A stretch of DNA of 59,149 nucleotides, filler included, from Porpidia crustulata (Eukaryota): assembly GCA_964255105.1 (NCBI GenBank). It is 9 parts of 9 records of this genome, joined end to end, with 100 filler letters (N's around TTAATTAATTAA, not from the genome) between each part and the next. Parts side by side here need not be neighbours in the genome. Positions count along the whole stretch, not along the records: positions 13,186 to 19,675 come from CAXUWE010001529.1; positions 19,776 to 26,263 come from CAXUWE010001530.1; 7 more parts are not named here. One strand, 5' to 3'. The notes under the pieces were generated by a model that did not search any database, had not been told where the DNA came from, and saw nothing but the letters and a program-made list of their open reading frames with translations. Of the stretch, positions 13,086 through 26,363 are shown piece by piece; positions within the stretch are counted from its first letter, which is position 1; each line of letters opens with the position of its first letter. A program made the translations under genes and the position numbers.

Positions 13086-13185
13086 NNNNNNNNNNNNNNN
13101 NNNNNNNNNNNNNNNNNNNNNNNNNNNNNTTAATTAATTAANNNNNNNNNNNNNNNNNNNNNNNNNNNNNNNNNNNNNNNNNNNN
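13086..13185. other. Artificial contig spacer
   Basis: 44 N + TTAATTAATTAA + 44 N. Confidence 0.99.
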
Positions 13186-14047
13186 GGTTGGTGGGGTGAG
13201 GGTGGTGGTTAGGCGGATGCTGGAGGGGTGGGACAGGTGGTTTAGCTAGGTGTGTTTTGGCAGATGGGCGCTAGAGGGAGGAAGAGCAGTATGTGTGGGA
13301 GGATTTTGATCAATGAATTTAGAAACGTACCGTGCGCCAATAGCTCCCATGAGCGCAGCCTCGAGCGACACCATGCCTGTAGAGCCTATGTTCGGTGTAG
13401 CGACCTGCGTCTTCCCACTTGCGTTTTGACGCTTGCTGTCTGCCATATTTGCGTGATCGGCTCTCTTACTCCTACCTGACTCTGCAGTTAACCAGCAGTC
13501 ACGTTCCTAATTTATGAACGCATTCACGGCTGCGCTGAACGCCCGAGGGTTTCAACGCCAAAAATAAGACGCCTCAACAGCGAATTACCAAAAGGAATGA
13601 CAAGAATTAAAGGAAATTTTGGCGAGGGTGATGACGGCGGTAAACCCTCACTCCTGACACCTCGTCGCTGTGATGAGGATTGACGGGAGTTGGAGAAGAG
13701 AGGAAAGCGAAGAACTCATGATCGCTGTATTATATGTATAGCTGTATATTATGAGAAAGACGCTACGGCGGGCCGAACCGTGCATAGGCGATGCGTCTAT
13801 GTTACAATGCCAAATTAGGTTATCATGTATCATTTACCTATCATTACGGTATAGAATCATCTGTGTTATGACCATCGTCTGCGTATAATCGTGATATAGT
13901 CAGAGTACAGAAAACAGCAATGATATGCAAGTGCTATAGTGGTATCATCTACAATTCCCCATGCGCGCCACCCAGAACAGACCAGTATGCACGCCGGCCC
14001 CAAGGTTGTTGCATGCGCCAGCTCAGGCCCACAATTCAAAGCCATCG

Positions 14048-15902
14048 TTAGCGCTCCTCCTCTCCCTTCATAAGCGGCACTGCCGAACTGTCATTCGGCC
14101 TCTCGTCGTAAAGCCCTCCTCGAAGATCTTGCCTATCGCGTCGCTCACCGTTTAGCATTGGCTCTATTGCATTGTTTTCAATTGCATCTCTTTTCTCGAC
14201 TTCTGCCCTGGCCTCTCTTCTCATCTTCGTGATCTTGATATAATTGTACGCGGCTATAGCCCCAATTGTGACCACAAGTCCGCTGACGTTGATGGGCGTG
14301 AGTTGGTCGTCAAAGATAATGTTTGCAGCGGAGATCGTTACGACTTCTTTGAAGATGCCGCAGATACTGAGTGTTACAACAGAAGTTCTCTTCAGAAGCG
14401 CAAACTCAGAGGCCGTCATCAGAAAAGCTAGAAAGCCAGGAAAGAGTAAAATTCCGACCCCCCCAAAGACACCTTTCTCCTCCGTCAAGGTGCTCAATCC
14501 TTGCGCTAGAGGAGCAAAACCTTCTACCGGGATTGCGATTATCGCCAAGCTGAGGAACATAATGGGCGCAAGGAAAAAAATACTACTAAAGGGATTACTA
14601 GTCGCCGGATTCTTAAGTAATAGGATCTGCGTCAAGGCCCACCGAAATCCGGAGAAGAAAGAAGCGGAGGTAATAAGGCCAAAGCCTAGGGCGTTGAAAT
14701 CGGTTTCACCCGCAACCATCATGATGACACCCACGGTCATCATGGCAATTATCAAGACTAGTTTGATGGAAGGGGTTTCGAGTCGGAAAAGGAATGCGAA
14801 GAGAAGGATGAACGCCAAGGCGGAGGATTTGCACATCGCTAGACAAAGCAAAGGAGAATTAGTATAGGTTGAAGGTCAGGCGAGAGTCTGTAGGGACATA
14901 CTAAAAAATGTAAGAGTAATGAACTTAAGACTCATGTTTCCGAGTCCAATATCTAGCCCTGTGGCAGCACCACAAGGACCAATACGCGTGAGATAGAAGG
15001 TCTTCGTCATGAGTGGCTTCTTAGACCGAGGCTGATCTTTATGGGTTGGAGGTTGATTCTTAGGATTCGTTATGCTGTCTGATCGAGGGCGAAAATGGGG
15101 CAAGTAATATAGTACGAGTGAAGCGAGTAAAAATTGCACGACCATGTGCATGCAGGTCGTGAAGAGAGGAAAATGGAAGTCGAGATTGCCTGGAGAGAAC
15201 ATCCATCTATTGTACTAGCATTTACTTAGCGCATACGGAGAAAAGCAAAGAGCCTTTCTGATGACCTACGACCGATATGGATACTGAGAAGAGGTACCAC
15301 GATGCTATTAGCAGAGCATTGATAATCAAAGCGTGGATGACACTCTTGTCTGCCAACTTCTGCTCTTGCTTTGCTGTCCTGATGCTGGCCAAAGAGTTAC
15401 CATCTACTGTTGTTATACTTGCTCTCTTTTGCTTTCGTTGCTGTTTATTGTTTTTGGCAAAGCCCGTCTCTTCATCATCACTAATGCCATCATCTGATGG
15501 ATAGTGTTCCAGCTCAACGTCCTCGCTGGTTGGAAGCGATGAGATATCCGAACCATGCCCTTCTTCAGAGGAGCAGACTATAGGATTGTCGCCAGCTTCA
15601 CTATTGCTTCCGTCTTGCTTTGATGGGCGAGGTCGACGAGAATTCAACTTGGGTGCTGGTTTTCCGCGTACTCCGTCATTCTCGTGTCCCGTTATTCCAG
15701 CTCTTCTCCGTCTATAGCCGTCAACATAGTCGCCCATTTCAGGAGTCGGAGGGTGAACAAGGGCTGCGATGCTCTCCTGGCTAGACAGGGACGAGATCGA
15801 TGATCCCGGTGGAGAAGGGATTGTAGGTAACGGGAATCGGTCCCCTATTTGCCCATGGACACGCTTACCCTCATCATCGCCACTGCGTTCATCTGCAGCC
15901 AT
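14048..15902 (-). CDS. Triose-phosphate/nucleotide-sugar transporter family protein (SLC35C2/Ymd8-like)
   Basis: Three exons; motifs WYLFSVSISVYN, FPLFTTCMHM, ATGLDIGLGNMSL, MCKSSALAF, SGFRWALTQ, TLSICGIFKE. Confidence 0.88.
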
Positions 15903-16629
15903 CGGATCTAAGATTGGCGGGTGGTTGGTCGTTCTCTCCTAAAGATCTTTTCAATCCAAGGGCCGGGCTTGATTACGAATTTAGACCCGTCTTGGTGGCC
16001 TGCCTATGGCTGAGGAGCCTTTTGGTGCCAGCCGCATGATGATTCTCGAGTTGAACGTTAGATAGAGTTTGTTGGAAAGGTTATTGGCACTGTGATTTAC
16101 AGTGCATACTCGACATTCTGAGCATTCCATCACTGCGAGCGAGAACGGTGCAAAACTCAGCTTAGTCAGCCCGATTAGTCCGCACGTACCTAGCGTAAGC
16201 CATTTCAGGGGGCCGCTATATTGTTGACAGACCTATCATTTCCGAAGGCTTACCCAAGGCCCTCTGATAGCAGTGGTTATCACGCCAGATTTACTGCTGC
16301 ACTGTAGAAGGCTGATTATTGCGGCAGAGATCGATAAGGCGATCATCTCTTCTTCCTTAGTAATTACCCACATGCGGCTATATGTCGCTCAACCGCAGCG
16401 CAATATGGAAATCTAGAACCATCGGTAGTACTTTGAGACTTCCTAGTCCCTAATCATATTGCAAAGGGCTTTTGTCATTCATCGAATTTGCAATGAGGGA
16501 ACCGCTATATCTATCTACTCATAAGGATACTGTACCAAAGGAAAAGATACATGGTAGCATCACAGTCTTGAGAGCTTCCTTTATGGGGCAGGCCATCGTA
16601 GTTTTCAAAGAATCGCAGCTTGAAGTTTT

Positions 16630-18489
16630 CTATGCCTGATAAGTCGATGCAGAGACGTCACCACCTCTGCCAGTCCAGTTGACGTGGATGTCTTTGCCTT
16701 GAGGATATTTCTCGCTGGCGTACTCTGGCTTGATCTTGAACGTGTGGGCTCCAAAATAATCTCGTTGGGCTTGCAGAAGATTGGCAGGTAGGTCCTTGGC
16801 GCGGTAACCGTCATAGAAGCTAAGTGCGGTACTGAAAGCTGGTGTTGGGATCCCCCACAGGACTGCTTTACTAACAACGTCTCTCCATCCAGGTTGGGCC
16901 TTATGGATGGCCTTATTGAAAAAGTCGTTGAAGAGAAGATTCTCGAGATCAGGATTCTTGCTATACGCAGATGTGATGTCTTTCAGGAAGACTGAACGAA
17001 TGATGCATCCACCGCGCCACATGAGAGCGATAGATGGTTTATTGAGTTTCCATTTGTACTCTTTCGCAGCCTGGGAGAAGTGTGAGCTTAGTATCAAATA
17101 CTGCCAGCATAGATGTGCAGGACCAACTCACATTCTGTATTAGCATGAAACCTTGGCAATAAGAGATGATCTTCGACGCGTAAAGGGCTTGTTCAAGATT
17201 TGCAAGAAATTCCTTTTTATCCCCTTTGAATTCGGTCCTTGGTGGTCCATCAAGTAGCTTGGAGGCACGACCACGTTCCTCTTTCAGCGAGCTCAGACAC
17301 CTTGCAAAGACAGCCTCGCCAATCAAGGTAACAGGCATGCCGAGATCCAGCGCATTGATTGCTGTCCATTTTCCAGTGCCTTTCTGGCCCGCAGAATCAA
17401 GGATCTTCTCGACTAGAGGTTTCCCGTCGTCATCGTGATATTTCAACACATCACGCGTGATTTCGATGAGGAACGAATCAAGGACTCCCTTATTCCATTC
17501 TGAGAAGACATCTGCCATTTCTGTGGATGATAGGCCCAGACCGCGTTTCATGATGTCGTACGCCTTCATGAATGATCTTAGCATTGACTTTATTGTCCAG
17601 ATGAATGCTTGGAGCGCGGGTCATACCTCACAAATCAGCTGCATATCACCGTACTCGATACCATTATGGACCATCTTTACGTAGTGTCCAGCGCCCTCAT
17701 CGCCAACCCAGTCGCAGCAAGGCTCTCCATCGCTCTTGGCCGCAATGGCTTGGAAGATCTCTTTGATATATGGCCAAGCCTCCTCGTTTCCGCCTGGCAT
17801 CAGACTGGGCCCGTAACGAGCACCCTCCTCTCCACCCGATACACCAGTACCGACGAATCGGAGACCTTTCTCGGCCAGTGCCCTTGTGCGACGGTTGGTA
17901 TCAGGGTAATGTGAGTTTCCCCCGTCAATGATGATATCGCCTTTCTCAACAAATGGCAGGAGAGCCTCAATGAAATCGTCGACTGGCTTTCCGGCCATTA
18001 CGAGGAGCATAATTCGCCGTGGTTTCTTGAGTTTCAAGACGAACTCCTGCATTGAGTGAGCACCAATGATCGATTTGCCTTTCCAGTCTATTAGCCAGCC
18101 CGCATCCTGCCGAAGTCTGAAAACAACGAACCCTTGGCCTCATTCTCCAAGAAGCGGTCGACTTTCGCAACGGTACGATTGAATGCAACAATGGTGAAAC
18201 CGTGGTCCGCGATGTTCAATATCAGGTTCTGACCCATGACGGCCAGGCCAACGAGGCCGAAATCACCACTAGGGTTGATCCGCGCAAGTCCGCCGACATT
18301 GATGCCGGCAAGACGGGCGCTACAGTCAGCCCATTGATCCTATCAACATTGATTCTGTTCCTTCAATGCTCAAGTGCAGCCTGTCTGACTTGGTGAAGTT
18401 TTGGAACCTCGTTCGTTCCGACGAGGCCGCATGCTAGTGGGGCAGATGGCTTGGAACTCTGGAAAGACTCACACTGCCTTTTCCGTCAT
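16630..18489 (-). CDS. GND1: 6-phosphogluconate dehydrogenase, decarboxylating
   Basis: [73 protein letters not shown]. Five exons, the first being MTEKAV. Confidence 0.97.
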
Positions 18490-19448
18490 CTTGACAGGTT
18501 GACCTCCCAATTAAGTCTGTTTTGGTTGTACGGAAAGATGCTTATAGAGCTAAGATGTTCTTGTGAGCACTCAGAAGCAGTACGTTGTTTGTGACATAAG
18601 AAAGTCTTAAAAACCTCATTGATGGCGGGGCACAAAGAGGGCATCCACCCGGAAACTCCGAGTAGCTTAGTCACTCACCAGTACGCTAGCTTGTTGAAAC
18701 GGACTGATTCTCTGCCTTCCTTCAATCTCCTCTCGTGACAGTCATTCTTGGTGATACATGGAGAATCAAAAGCTGTGAGATATAGAGCTACTGTCAGGAA
18801 GACACCATGAGGGTAGAACCGGATAAGGGAGGGTTTTTCAGGGCACCTCTATCTTCACAGTCATGAGGTCGAACCGGCTCTCCGGTCAATAAGGACATAA
18901 CTAAGTCTGGCTCCACCTGAAGTACCTAAATATGATGTATCTGAGCCAGTCCAACAATCGCTGTTGGGGTGAGCAGCGACAGGTTATGCTCGATTCCCAA
19001 TTCAAGTCTCAGTTGGAGTGTGGATAATGACAACTCTTGTCTTCAAATTTACTTTCATCACATCCAGCGGCGATTTCCTTATGAATGAGCATCCCCTTAA
19101 AGTTCCTCCGTACTGGTATCTTTTGTATGAGGTGATTTCGATGGTCTACTTCCATGTTCAACTGTCTGATCATCCAGGGCTAGGGTTAGAGACCAGCTAG
19201 CGTTCAAAGCCTGAACATGGTTAGCGCCATTGACAGCCCTACCAAGTTCTTCACGGCACTCATCGCCCACTACAACCACCATCCTTAATACAGCTCGCGG
19301 TGACATAACTCTGGAAAAGGGTAATATTTGGAAGCCGTCACTAAGAATACCCTCGATCATAATACTACCTAATTAATTGAGAGGGGCAAAGAGGAGTCGC
19401 GAGGTACGTCCCCTCACAACTGAAAGGCACACCGCACAGCCGTTCATC

Positions 19449-19675
19449 ATGTCCTATCCGCCCCCTCCAGGTCTCAAAGCGCCGCAAAACCCATCATCGC
19501 CCTCCAAGTCCCAAGCTCATGCCTCGCTACCACCGCGGCCACCACCTTCAGCTGGTCCCCCACCTTCCTTCAAACCAGCATTCACCCCTACCCCCAGCTT
19601 TGCCTCTGGCGCCCCAGGCACACGAGGATATGATGACGGTCACGCCCATCAATCCGGCTATGGTGGCTTTACAGC
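19449..19675 (+). CDS. 5' fragment of a proline-rich protein, possibly RBM42-like RRM protein; truncated by the spacer
   Basis: MSYPPPPGLK...SLPPRPP...SFKPAF N-terminus runs into the gap. Family assignment is from memory of the N-terminus only. Confidence 0.5.
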
Positions 19676-19775
19676 NNNNNNNNNNNNNNNNNNNNNNNNN
19701 NNNNNNNNNNNNNNNNNNNTTAATTAATTAANNNNNNNNNNNNNNNNNNNNNNNNNNNNNNNNNNNNNNNNNNNN
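19676..19775. other. Artificial contig spacer
   Basis: 44 N + TTAATTAATTAA + 44 N. Confidence 0.99.
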
Positions 19776-20750
19776 GTAGCATTTTGGGTCGGTGAGGGCC
19801 TGGGCGATTTCGTGAAAGTCTAGCCTAGGATTTTCGTCGGAAAATTGTTTCTTTGCTGGAGCTTTTGCGGATTGAAGGCGGAGCTGAGCGACTCGCTTTT
19901 CGCGGCGGGTCAGGAAGAGCGCGGTGGAGGGCGAGTCAGGGATTTGGTACCAGGCGAAAACAGCGGCGATGATAGCGGGAGATCCTTCGACTAGGAAGAG
20001 GAGGCGCCACGAAGCAATGGGGATGTGTGTGCCGGCTTTGGTGATGAGCCAGGCAAGGCTGCTTGCGAAACTCGTTGCCAGGGGTGCGGCGGAGATGAAG
20101 AGGCCGGTCCGTAGGGCTAGTTCTTCTCTTTTGAAGAAGAACGAAAGGAGAAAAGGGACGCCGGGGGAGAAGGCGGCTTCTCCGATGCCAAGAGCGGCTC
20201 GGAGGACTAACATCAGCCAGAAAGAGCTGACGACGGACTGGAGGCAAGCGATGATGCTCCATGATGCTACGCAGACGGAGACGTAGATGTGAGCAGGAAT
20301 GACGCGGTACAAAAGAGTCATCCATTGAAACAGGATATAAGTGATATAGAATGATGTTAGTAGCCATTCGTACTGATCCGAACTGAGGTTGAGGTCTTCG
20401 GTTAAACCAGCGATTCGGGCGTTGCCAATATCTTGGAAAAGCTTAGCATCGACGCTCGTGATTTGAATGAATGTCTACATGAACTTACTGGATCTGTCAA
20501 GGAACGATAACATGTACAGAAGAGCTACGAATAGGACTAGTCGACGATCTAGCTTTTTGACCACGGCTCGTTCTTCAACATGGGAGTAGAGCTCTTTCCC
20601 ACCCTCTTCCGCCACATCATCGCTGTCGGAGCCCTCCGATAAGCTGCTAAGACTTCGTCGGAAAGAGTGAAGGGAATCATTGACACCATCAAAAGAATGT
20701 GAAAGGTGGTCGAGTTCTATGGCATCGTAATCCTTCATGTCTCTGACCAT
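19776..20750 (-). CDS. MFS transporter, Dal5/Tna1 (anion:cation symporter) family; 3' truncated
   Basis: EERAVVKKLDRRL, LSFLDRS|NIGNARIAG, LRAALGIGEA, WRLLFLVEG, PDSPSTALFLT. One intron at about 20432-20486. Confidence 0.88.
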
Positions 20751-22280
20751 GGTGGAGGTTTTGTGCCGGTGATGGCGGCACAAAAGACCCCACGTCAACG
20801 ATGTGACCCGCAATTCAATTCGAAGAGCCACATGGGGGTTATGGATGCGTGAGGTAAAGCTATGATAGTCCGGCTAATAGGGCGATAATAAGAATAAAGA
20901 TAGAATGGACGTTACAGATTGAGGCGGTTATAATTAGGGTACGGTATGGTTAGGATTTGACGACGAGATGGATTGCTAGATGGAGTAAGCGTGGTAGAGT
21001 ACCTATTTACCTCTAGGCTGGAGGAGCTGACGCGATAAGGAAAGGTACCTAATCTCGAAATGTCCGATTGGACGATAAAAGGAGGAAAGGAGGGGGTCGA
21101 TGGGGAAGTGCCGAGGAAGAAGTGAAGAAGTCCGGGGTCGAGGGGTCTAGACAGCGCTAGTTGGTTTCACCGCAGCTTTTAGCGCGCCGAGATGCCGGAA
21201 TTCTGAAGGAATCACGTTGTTCGTCCCACCACCACCTCGAGCACACACCGTATATTTCGAATGTATCAGGCCAACGTAACGAGAAACGAAAATTGCTTAC
21301 ATTCGAGCTGATCTCAGTCACGAAGATGACAACCTATTTGCTCACCGCTTGAATACTTTCTCCTCGATGGTCAACCCACCAGTCCGTGAACCAGCATAGA
21401 ATCGCTATCTGCAACGTTGGCGATCTTCATGCGCGACAGCTCTGACTAGAGCGCCGATCACTATGGAAGGACTGGTGAGAATTGAGCTTGCAAGTAATCG
21501 TCAAACGCGATTTATAATGAGGTGTGTGTAAAATGATTCCCAGGAACGAACATGCCATGTGCTTAGCATGTATACGCTGACGATTATCCTAGACGACCCT
21601 GCAGCATTTGTACACTCACGGACTAGCTGTATCTCGAATACAATTCTCTCATTGGGGGCGGAGCAAGAGACGATTGCCTCTGGAGCTAGGCTGGTGAACC
21701 TGCTCAAGATTGGCTTACACATACACACATGTCCGTGTCAGTCTTCAGTTCAATCGATGAGTGTCGTCGACCACGCAGACATTTTGAATCTCCTCGGTAA
21801 TGATGCGCTGTTCTTCGATGCGACATTGGTGCATGCAAGCCATAACTGTCCGAGGGTAAATCGGGCGCTTTTTCCCATTGTCATCCAGTACCAAAATAAG
21901 TCGTGTGTGGTGCGGGTACTTTACTAAGCTCCGAGCATCTACACTACGCTCCATCAAGCTATAGAACCTTGACGGGTCGAAGTCGAATATTGCGGCACAG
22001 GGTCGCTGTTCCTCTTGAGTGTTGGTGGCTACATGGCGACACTGTACTAAGTCATAGTACGGGTGTGTCCACCAATCTACGCACTTTGTCACGAGGCATC
22101 CCAAGGGGCTGAGGCACAGTCCCGCCGCCTTGAAATGAGCGTACCTCCAGAGACGTGAGTTCGGACAATTTAATCAAGAGGCTCGTGCCCGTGCTTTTGC
22201 GACGGTCACTGACATCTGACTCGAAGAGATCGTTATCCTCAACTTCCATACCGGATCACTGTTGGTAGGGTTTCACCAAG

Positions 22281-23498
22281 ATGATCGATTCCACGGTTCA
22301 CCTCTCTTACACTCCATTCTACTGTGAGGCCCATGCTGACAATGAGATAGACGGTCAATTGGGCTCTCACCGCCGTGGCAGGCGCGCTGACCGTTGGTCG
22401 TTATGCGATTCGAGGTTATAATTCCAGACGATTGTACTGGGATGATCTTGCACATTTGGTGGCATTCCTCGTCCTCGTCTCGCACAGCGCAACCAACGAG
22501 GTCACTCTGAATGCCAAAGCCGAACGTGACAATTTGAAAAGTACCAAAGCTCCAGCGCCGCAACTGCTGCACAGCTACCAACATGTCCGCTATTTGAACA
22601 CCATCAACAATTGCCTTTTGTATTTGGTTTTCTGGGCAGTCAAAGTAGCATTCTTATTATTCTATCATCAATTGTTCAGAACATCAATACTATTCAGAAA
22701 GATGTGGTGGGCAGTCATGGCCTTTACTCTCCTCACTTTCTGGGTCCCCATTGCCGGTGTGCTCGCTACTTGTTCAAACGCAAGGACTCTGGCAGATTAC
22801 AGTAGGATCAGGTTTTGATTACTACTAAGATATGACTAACGTAGAACAGAGGTCTGCGACGGAGCGACTCATTCACGGTTAGTGAAACTGGAGTACACTT
22901 GCGCGATCAATGTTTTGTCTGATCTGACGAGTAAGTATTGGTATTTTCTCTGGAATGACATCCGCTAACCTTGAAAGTCATGGCGCTCCCTCTGTGGATG
23001 TTGAAAGATCTCAAAATCAAACCACGGCAAAAAGTTGCACTTGCGTTCGTCTTCTCTCTTGCAACTTTCATTGTCGCCCTGGATATCCTCCGCACCGTCG
23101 AAGCAGCTTCCGATAACCAAGCGCTTTTCACTGTCCTGGAGGTCAACTTCGCCGTCATTGTCTCTTGCCTCCCGACCTATCGCGCTTTGCTGGTCATTGG
23201 CCAAAAGCGGAGTACCAACAAACCTTCGAAGATATCATCTTACGCTCGTAAGAGTCTGGGCTACGGCCGCTCCTACAAAGGCGATGATGGTCGCCTTCCG
23301 CTGCGCAGCGAAGAAGAGGTCGGGACGGAGATGCGTGCCCCATCCAACTATCACGGTAAAGGGTTCTCCGTCTCTACCCAACCTCGCGATCCCTACTCGC
23401 TTGATCCGCTAGGCACCCACAGTCAAGATGTCCACGCGCCAGCACCTGCGCATGTTTCAGAGCCGGCGCTCTCATCTCCGTACTCGAACCATGTGTGA
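22281..23498 (+). CDS. PTH11-like (fungal rhodopsin-domain) integral membrane protein
   Basis: Spliced MIDST|TVNWALT; RRLYWDD, FWAVKVAFLLFY, INVLSDL..MALPLWMLKDLKIKPRQKVALAFVFSLA, LEVNFAVIVSCLP. Confidence 0.85.
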
Positions 23499-24396
23499 AA
23501 GTTGAGCAGAGAGGGGGAAGTAATATCAAGGTGCACTTCCTAGGCCGCCACTCATCGGCGCGGCGGTCTTGATAAATCACGACGTAAGCGTGGCATCGAG
23601 CCGTTCAACAGGGGCACAAGAAGTGGTCCAGGTTCCAGTCTTCTGTTATCACTATACAGGATCGAAGGCACCCGAATGGTTCCGACCACGGGCGAGATTT
23701 CAGTGGAAGGCCACGCTATCAGACTCGGCCAAAGTTCAAGAAATCCACCTACTTCCTTGACACCAACACCAAGTGAAAGGGCCAGATTAATGATCCCTCG
23801 AGAATTTCAATTCGCCTTGGGCGTCGCAACAACACGTTGGATCCATTTAGAAGATCGGGACGTGCTCAACGGCATACCTATTTAGGAAGCTGAGAATCGA
23901 TCGTTGGTGACCAGCCATATCGCTGACAGGGGATTGTGGACTTGAAAATAGTAGTGGTTGGGTGATGAGGTGTGGCAGACATGAGATATTCATGCCAGAT
24001 TTTGGCCGTGCGTTGCTGACTCTTACCTCGTGGCATGGCACGATGGTTATTCTCCGACAGGATTGTTTAATACCCCGCTTTTGTTTCCTTGGGACGAAAT
24101 TTATGTAGCTGCAGGCATTATTTTGTGCCTGGCATAACTCGCGTAAGCTAGAAATAGTGAAACCTGCAATACAAGGATGTGATTAATCTAAGAATACTCT
24201 AGTGCGATCACGGGAAGGGGCACAGCAAACGAAGAGATAGACCGACCACGCTGCCATGTCATCACAGCTCTCATCATGAAGCCTCGTTCATTCTTTCATC
24301 CCTCCCAAACGTCTACTCCCACGCATCCTCTCTCCATGATAATCCCTTGCAAATACGGCAGGGTTCAGTCCTGTTGGCCAGCGTCCAGAAAGCGAC

Positions 24397-26261
24397 ATGT
24401 ACTTGGATTCGTCGCGGAATTCCGCCCAGGACCACATGGATCATACTCACTTCGATGAATTGACCAGGAAACAGGCATGGTGTCTCTACCTTTCGCACTT
24501 TTTGTCAATGTGGAACTCTCGGATGTACGAGTTTGCTGCAGTAAGTCGCATCTGCACTAAACGTCCGCCGTAAGCCAGAGATTGACAGGCACGTTAGATT
24601 CTGTTCATCCAAGCAGCCTTCCCTAAGAACCTGTTAGCTTCGTCAATCAAGTACGCATTTCAATCCCGAAGCTCACCAGTTTGCTTACCTTTGCAGTGGC
24701 ATCGCCGAAACCATATGCGTTCTTGTCTTCTCCTCCGCCCTCGGCCGCTGGGTCGACCGCACCCCCTCCCGCCTACATACCCTCCTCCTCACCATCAGCA
24801 CGAATAAATTCATGGTCCTAGCATCGTGCGTAATCTGGTTTTTTGTCCTCTCGTCTGAGAGCGTCAGGTTGAAACACCTACTGTTTGCCCTGGTCCTCGT
24901 CCTCGGCATGGTTGAAAAGCTGTCTCGCATGACAAATATCCTGTCGATGGAGAGGGATTGGATTCCAACACTTGCCAACCCGTCAGTCGAAGGCAAGGTA
25001 TGGATACCGTACGGACTGACCCAATTGAACACTACGACCAGGAGGATTGATATTATCTGTAAAATCGGGGCACCCATAGCCATTTCGTCATTCATATCCG
25101 CAGTCCCGGCGCACAAAGTGGCGACTCTTGTCGTGGCTAGTGTCAGCACTATCAGCTGGGGTGTGGAGTATTGGGCCGCATCGAAAATATGGAAAGAGAA
25201 CCGTCGTCTGCAAGCCCCAAAGAGGAAGGAAAGTGATGAAATTGAGATGGATGACCTGAATACTCGTGCGAAGCTGCGCGTCTATTCTAAAGGACATTTT
25301 GACACCAGATTGTCATCTATTCTATTCAGGGCCAATTCGTACTTCAAGGCCGTTTTTCACTCGCACGTGGACGGACTTCGATATTATCTCAGCAGTACCG
25401 TCTGCGTTCCTTCAATCTGCGTCGCTATCCTTCACGCATCTGTACTTTCCTATTCGGCCACGTTCACGGTCTACCTGCTGAATTCCGGGTACACCTTGGG
25501 TACCGTGACTGTTGCGAGGGCCGTTGGCTCGGCTTTTGAAATTGCTAGTACCGTCGTGTTTCCTTTTGCAGTTGCTCGACTTTCTTCGACAAAAAGCACA
25601 AGTACTCGAGAGTCGCATACTATGCGGGAATCCGACAAGGAAGAAGTAGAGGAGACCCTGTTGGAGGAAAGCAGTGATAAAGTGAGTGAGAACGTGAACA
25701 AGGAATATGGGCAATCCTCGACCCCGTATTTCGAAGCGGGCATAGTAAGAGTTGGACTCTGTGGTATCTGCGGTCTATTCTTCTGCTTAGTAAGAGCTTC
25801 CTGTACCCTTTCACACCACGAAAAACACCAACTGACCACTTCCTCAGATCCCTGTAATCCTCTGTCTTTTCCGCCTCGACGCCGTCTTACCTCCCATATC
25901 TGACGATCCCTCCGCGCCTCAGCCGCCCTTCCCCCTCGCCACTCATACATTCATAACGCTGACCCTCCTCGCCTTCCTATCCCTCTCCTTTCTCGGTCGC
26001 TGGACCTACGACCTCAGCACAATGCAACTCACCCAGGTCCTTATCCCCGCGGCCAGCCGCTCCAGCTTCGGTGGCACCGAGATGGCGATTGTCAGTGTTT
26101 TTAGCTTGGGTCACTGGGTTGCGGCGGCGGTTTGGAACCAGCAGGGGGATTTTCGATGGTTGGCGTTGGGGAGTTTTGTGGCCGTGGGTGGAGCTGCTGG
26201 GGGTTATTGGGCGTGGGAGAGGCGGTGGGAGAAGGGTGAGGATAAGAGGAGGAGGGTGTGA
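24397..26261 (+). CDS. Ferroportin (FPN1/SLC40A1) family iron-regulated transporter
   Basis: LYLSHFLSMWNSRMYEFAA, GRWVDRTPSRL, VEKLSRMTNILSMERDW, RRIDIICK, AVGSAFEIAST. At least three introns; start codon uncertain (24397 or 24436). Confidence 0.85.
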
Positions 26262-26263
26262 AG

Positions 26264-26363
26264 NNNNNNNNNNNNNNNNNNNNNNNNNNNNNNNNNNNNN
26301 NNNNNNNTTAATTAATTAANNNNNNNNNNNNNNNNNNNNNNNNNNNNNNNNNNNNNNNNNNNN
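26264..26363. other. Artificial contig spacer
   Basis: 44 N + TTAATTAATTAA + 44 N. Confidence 0.99.
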
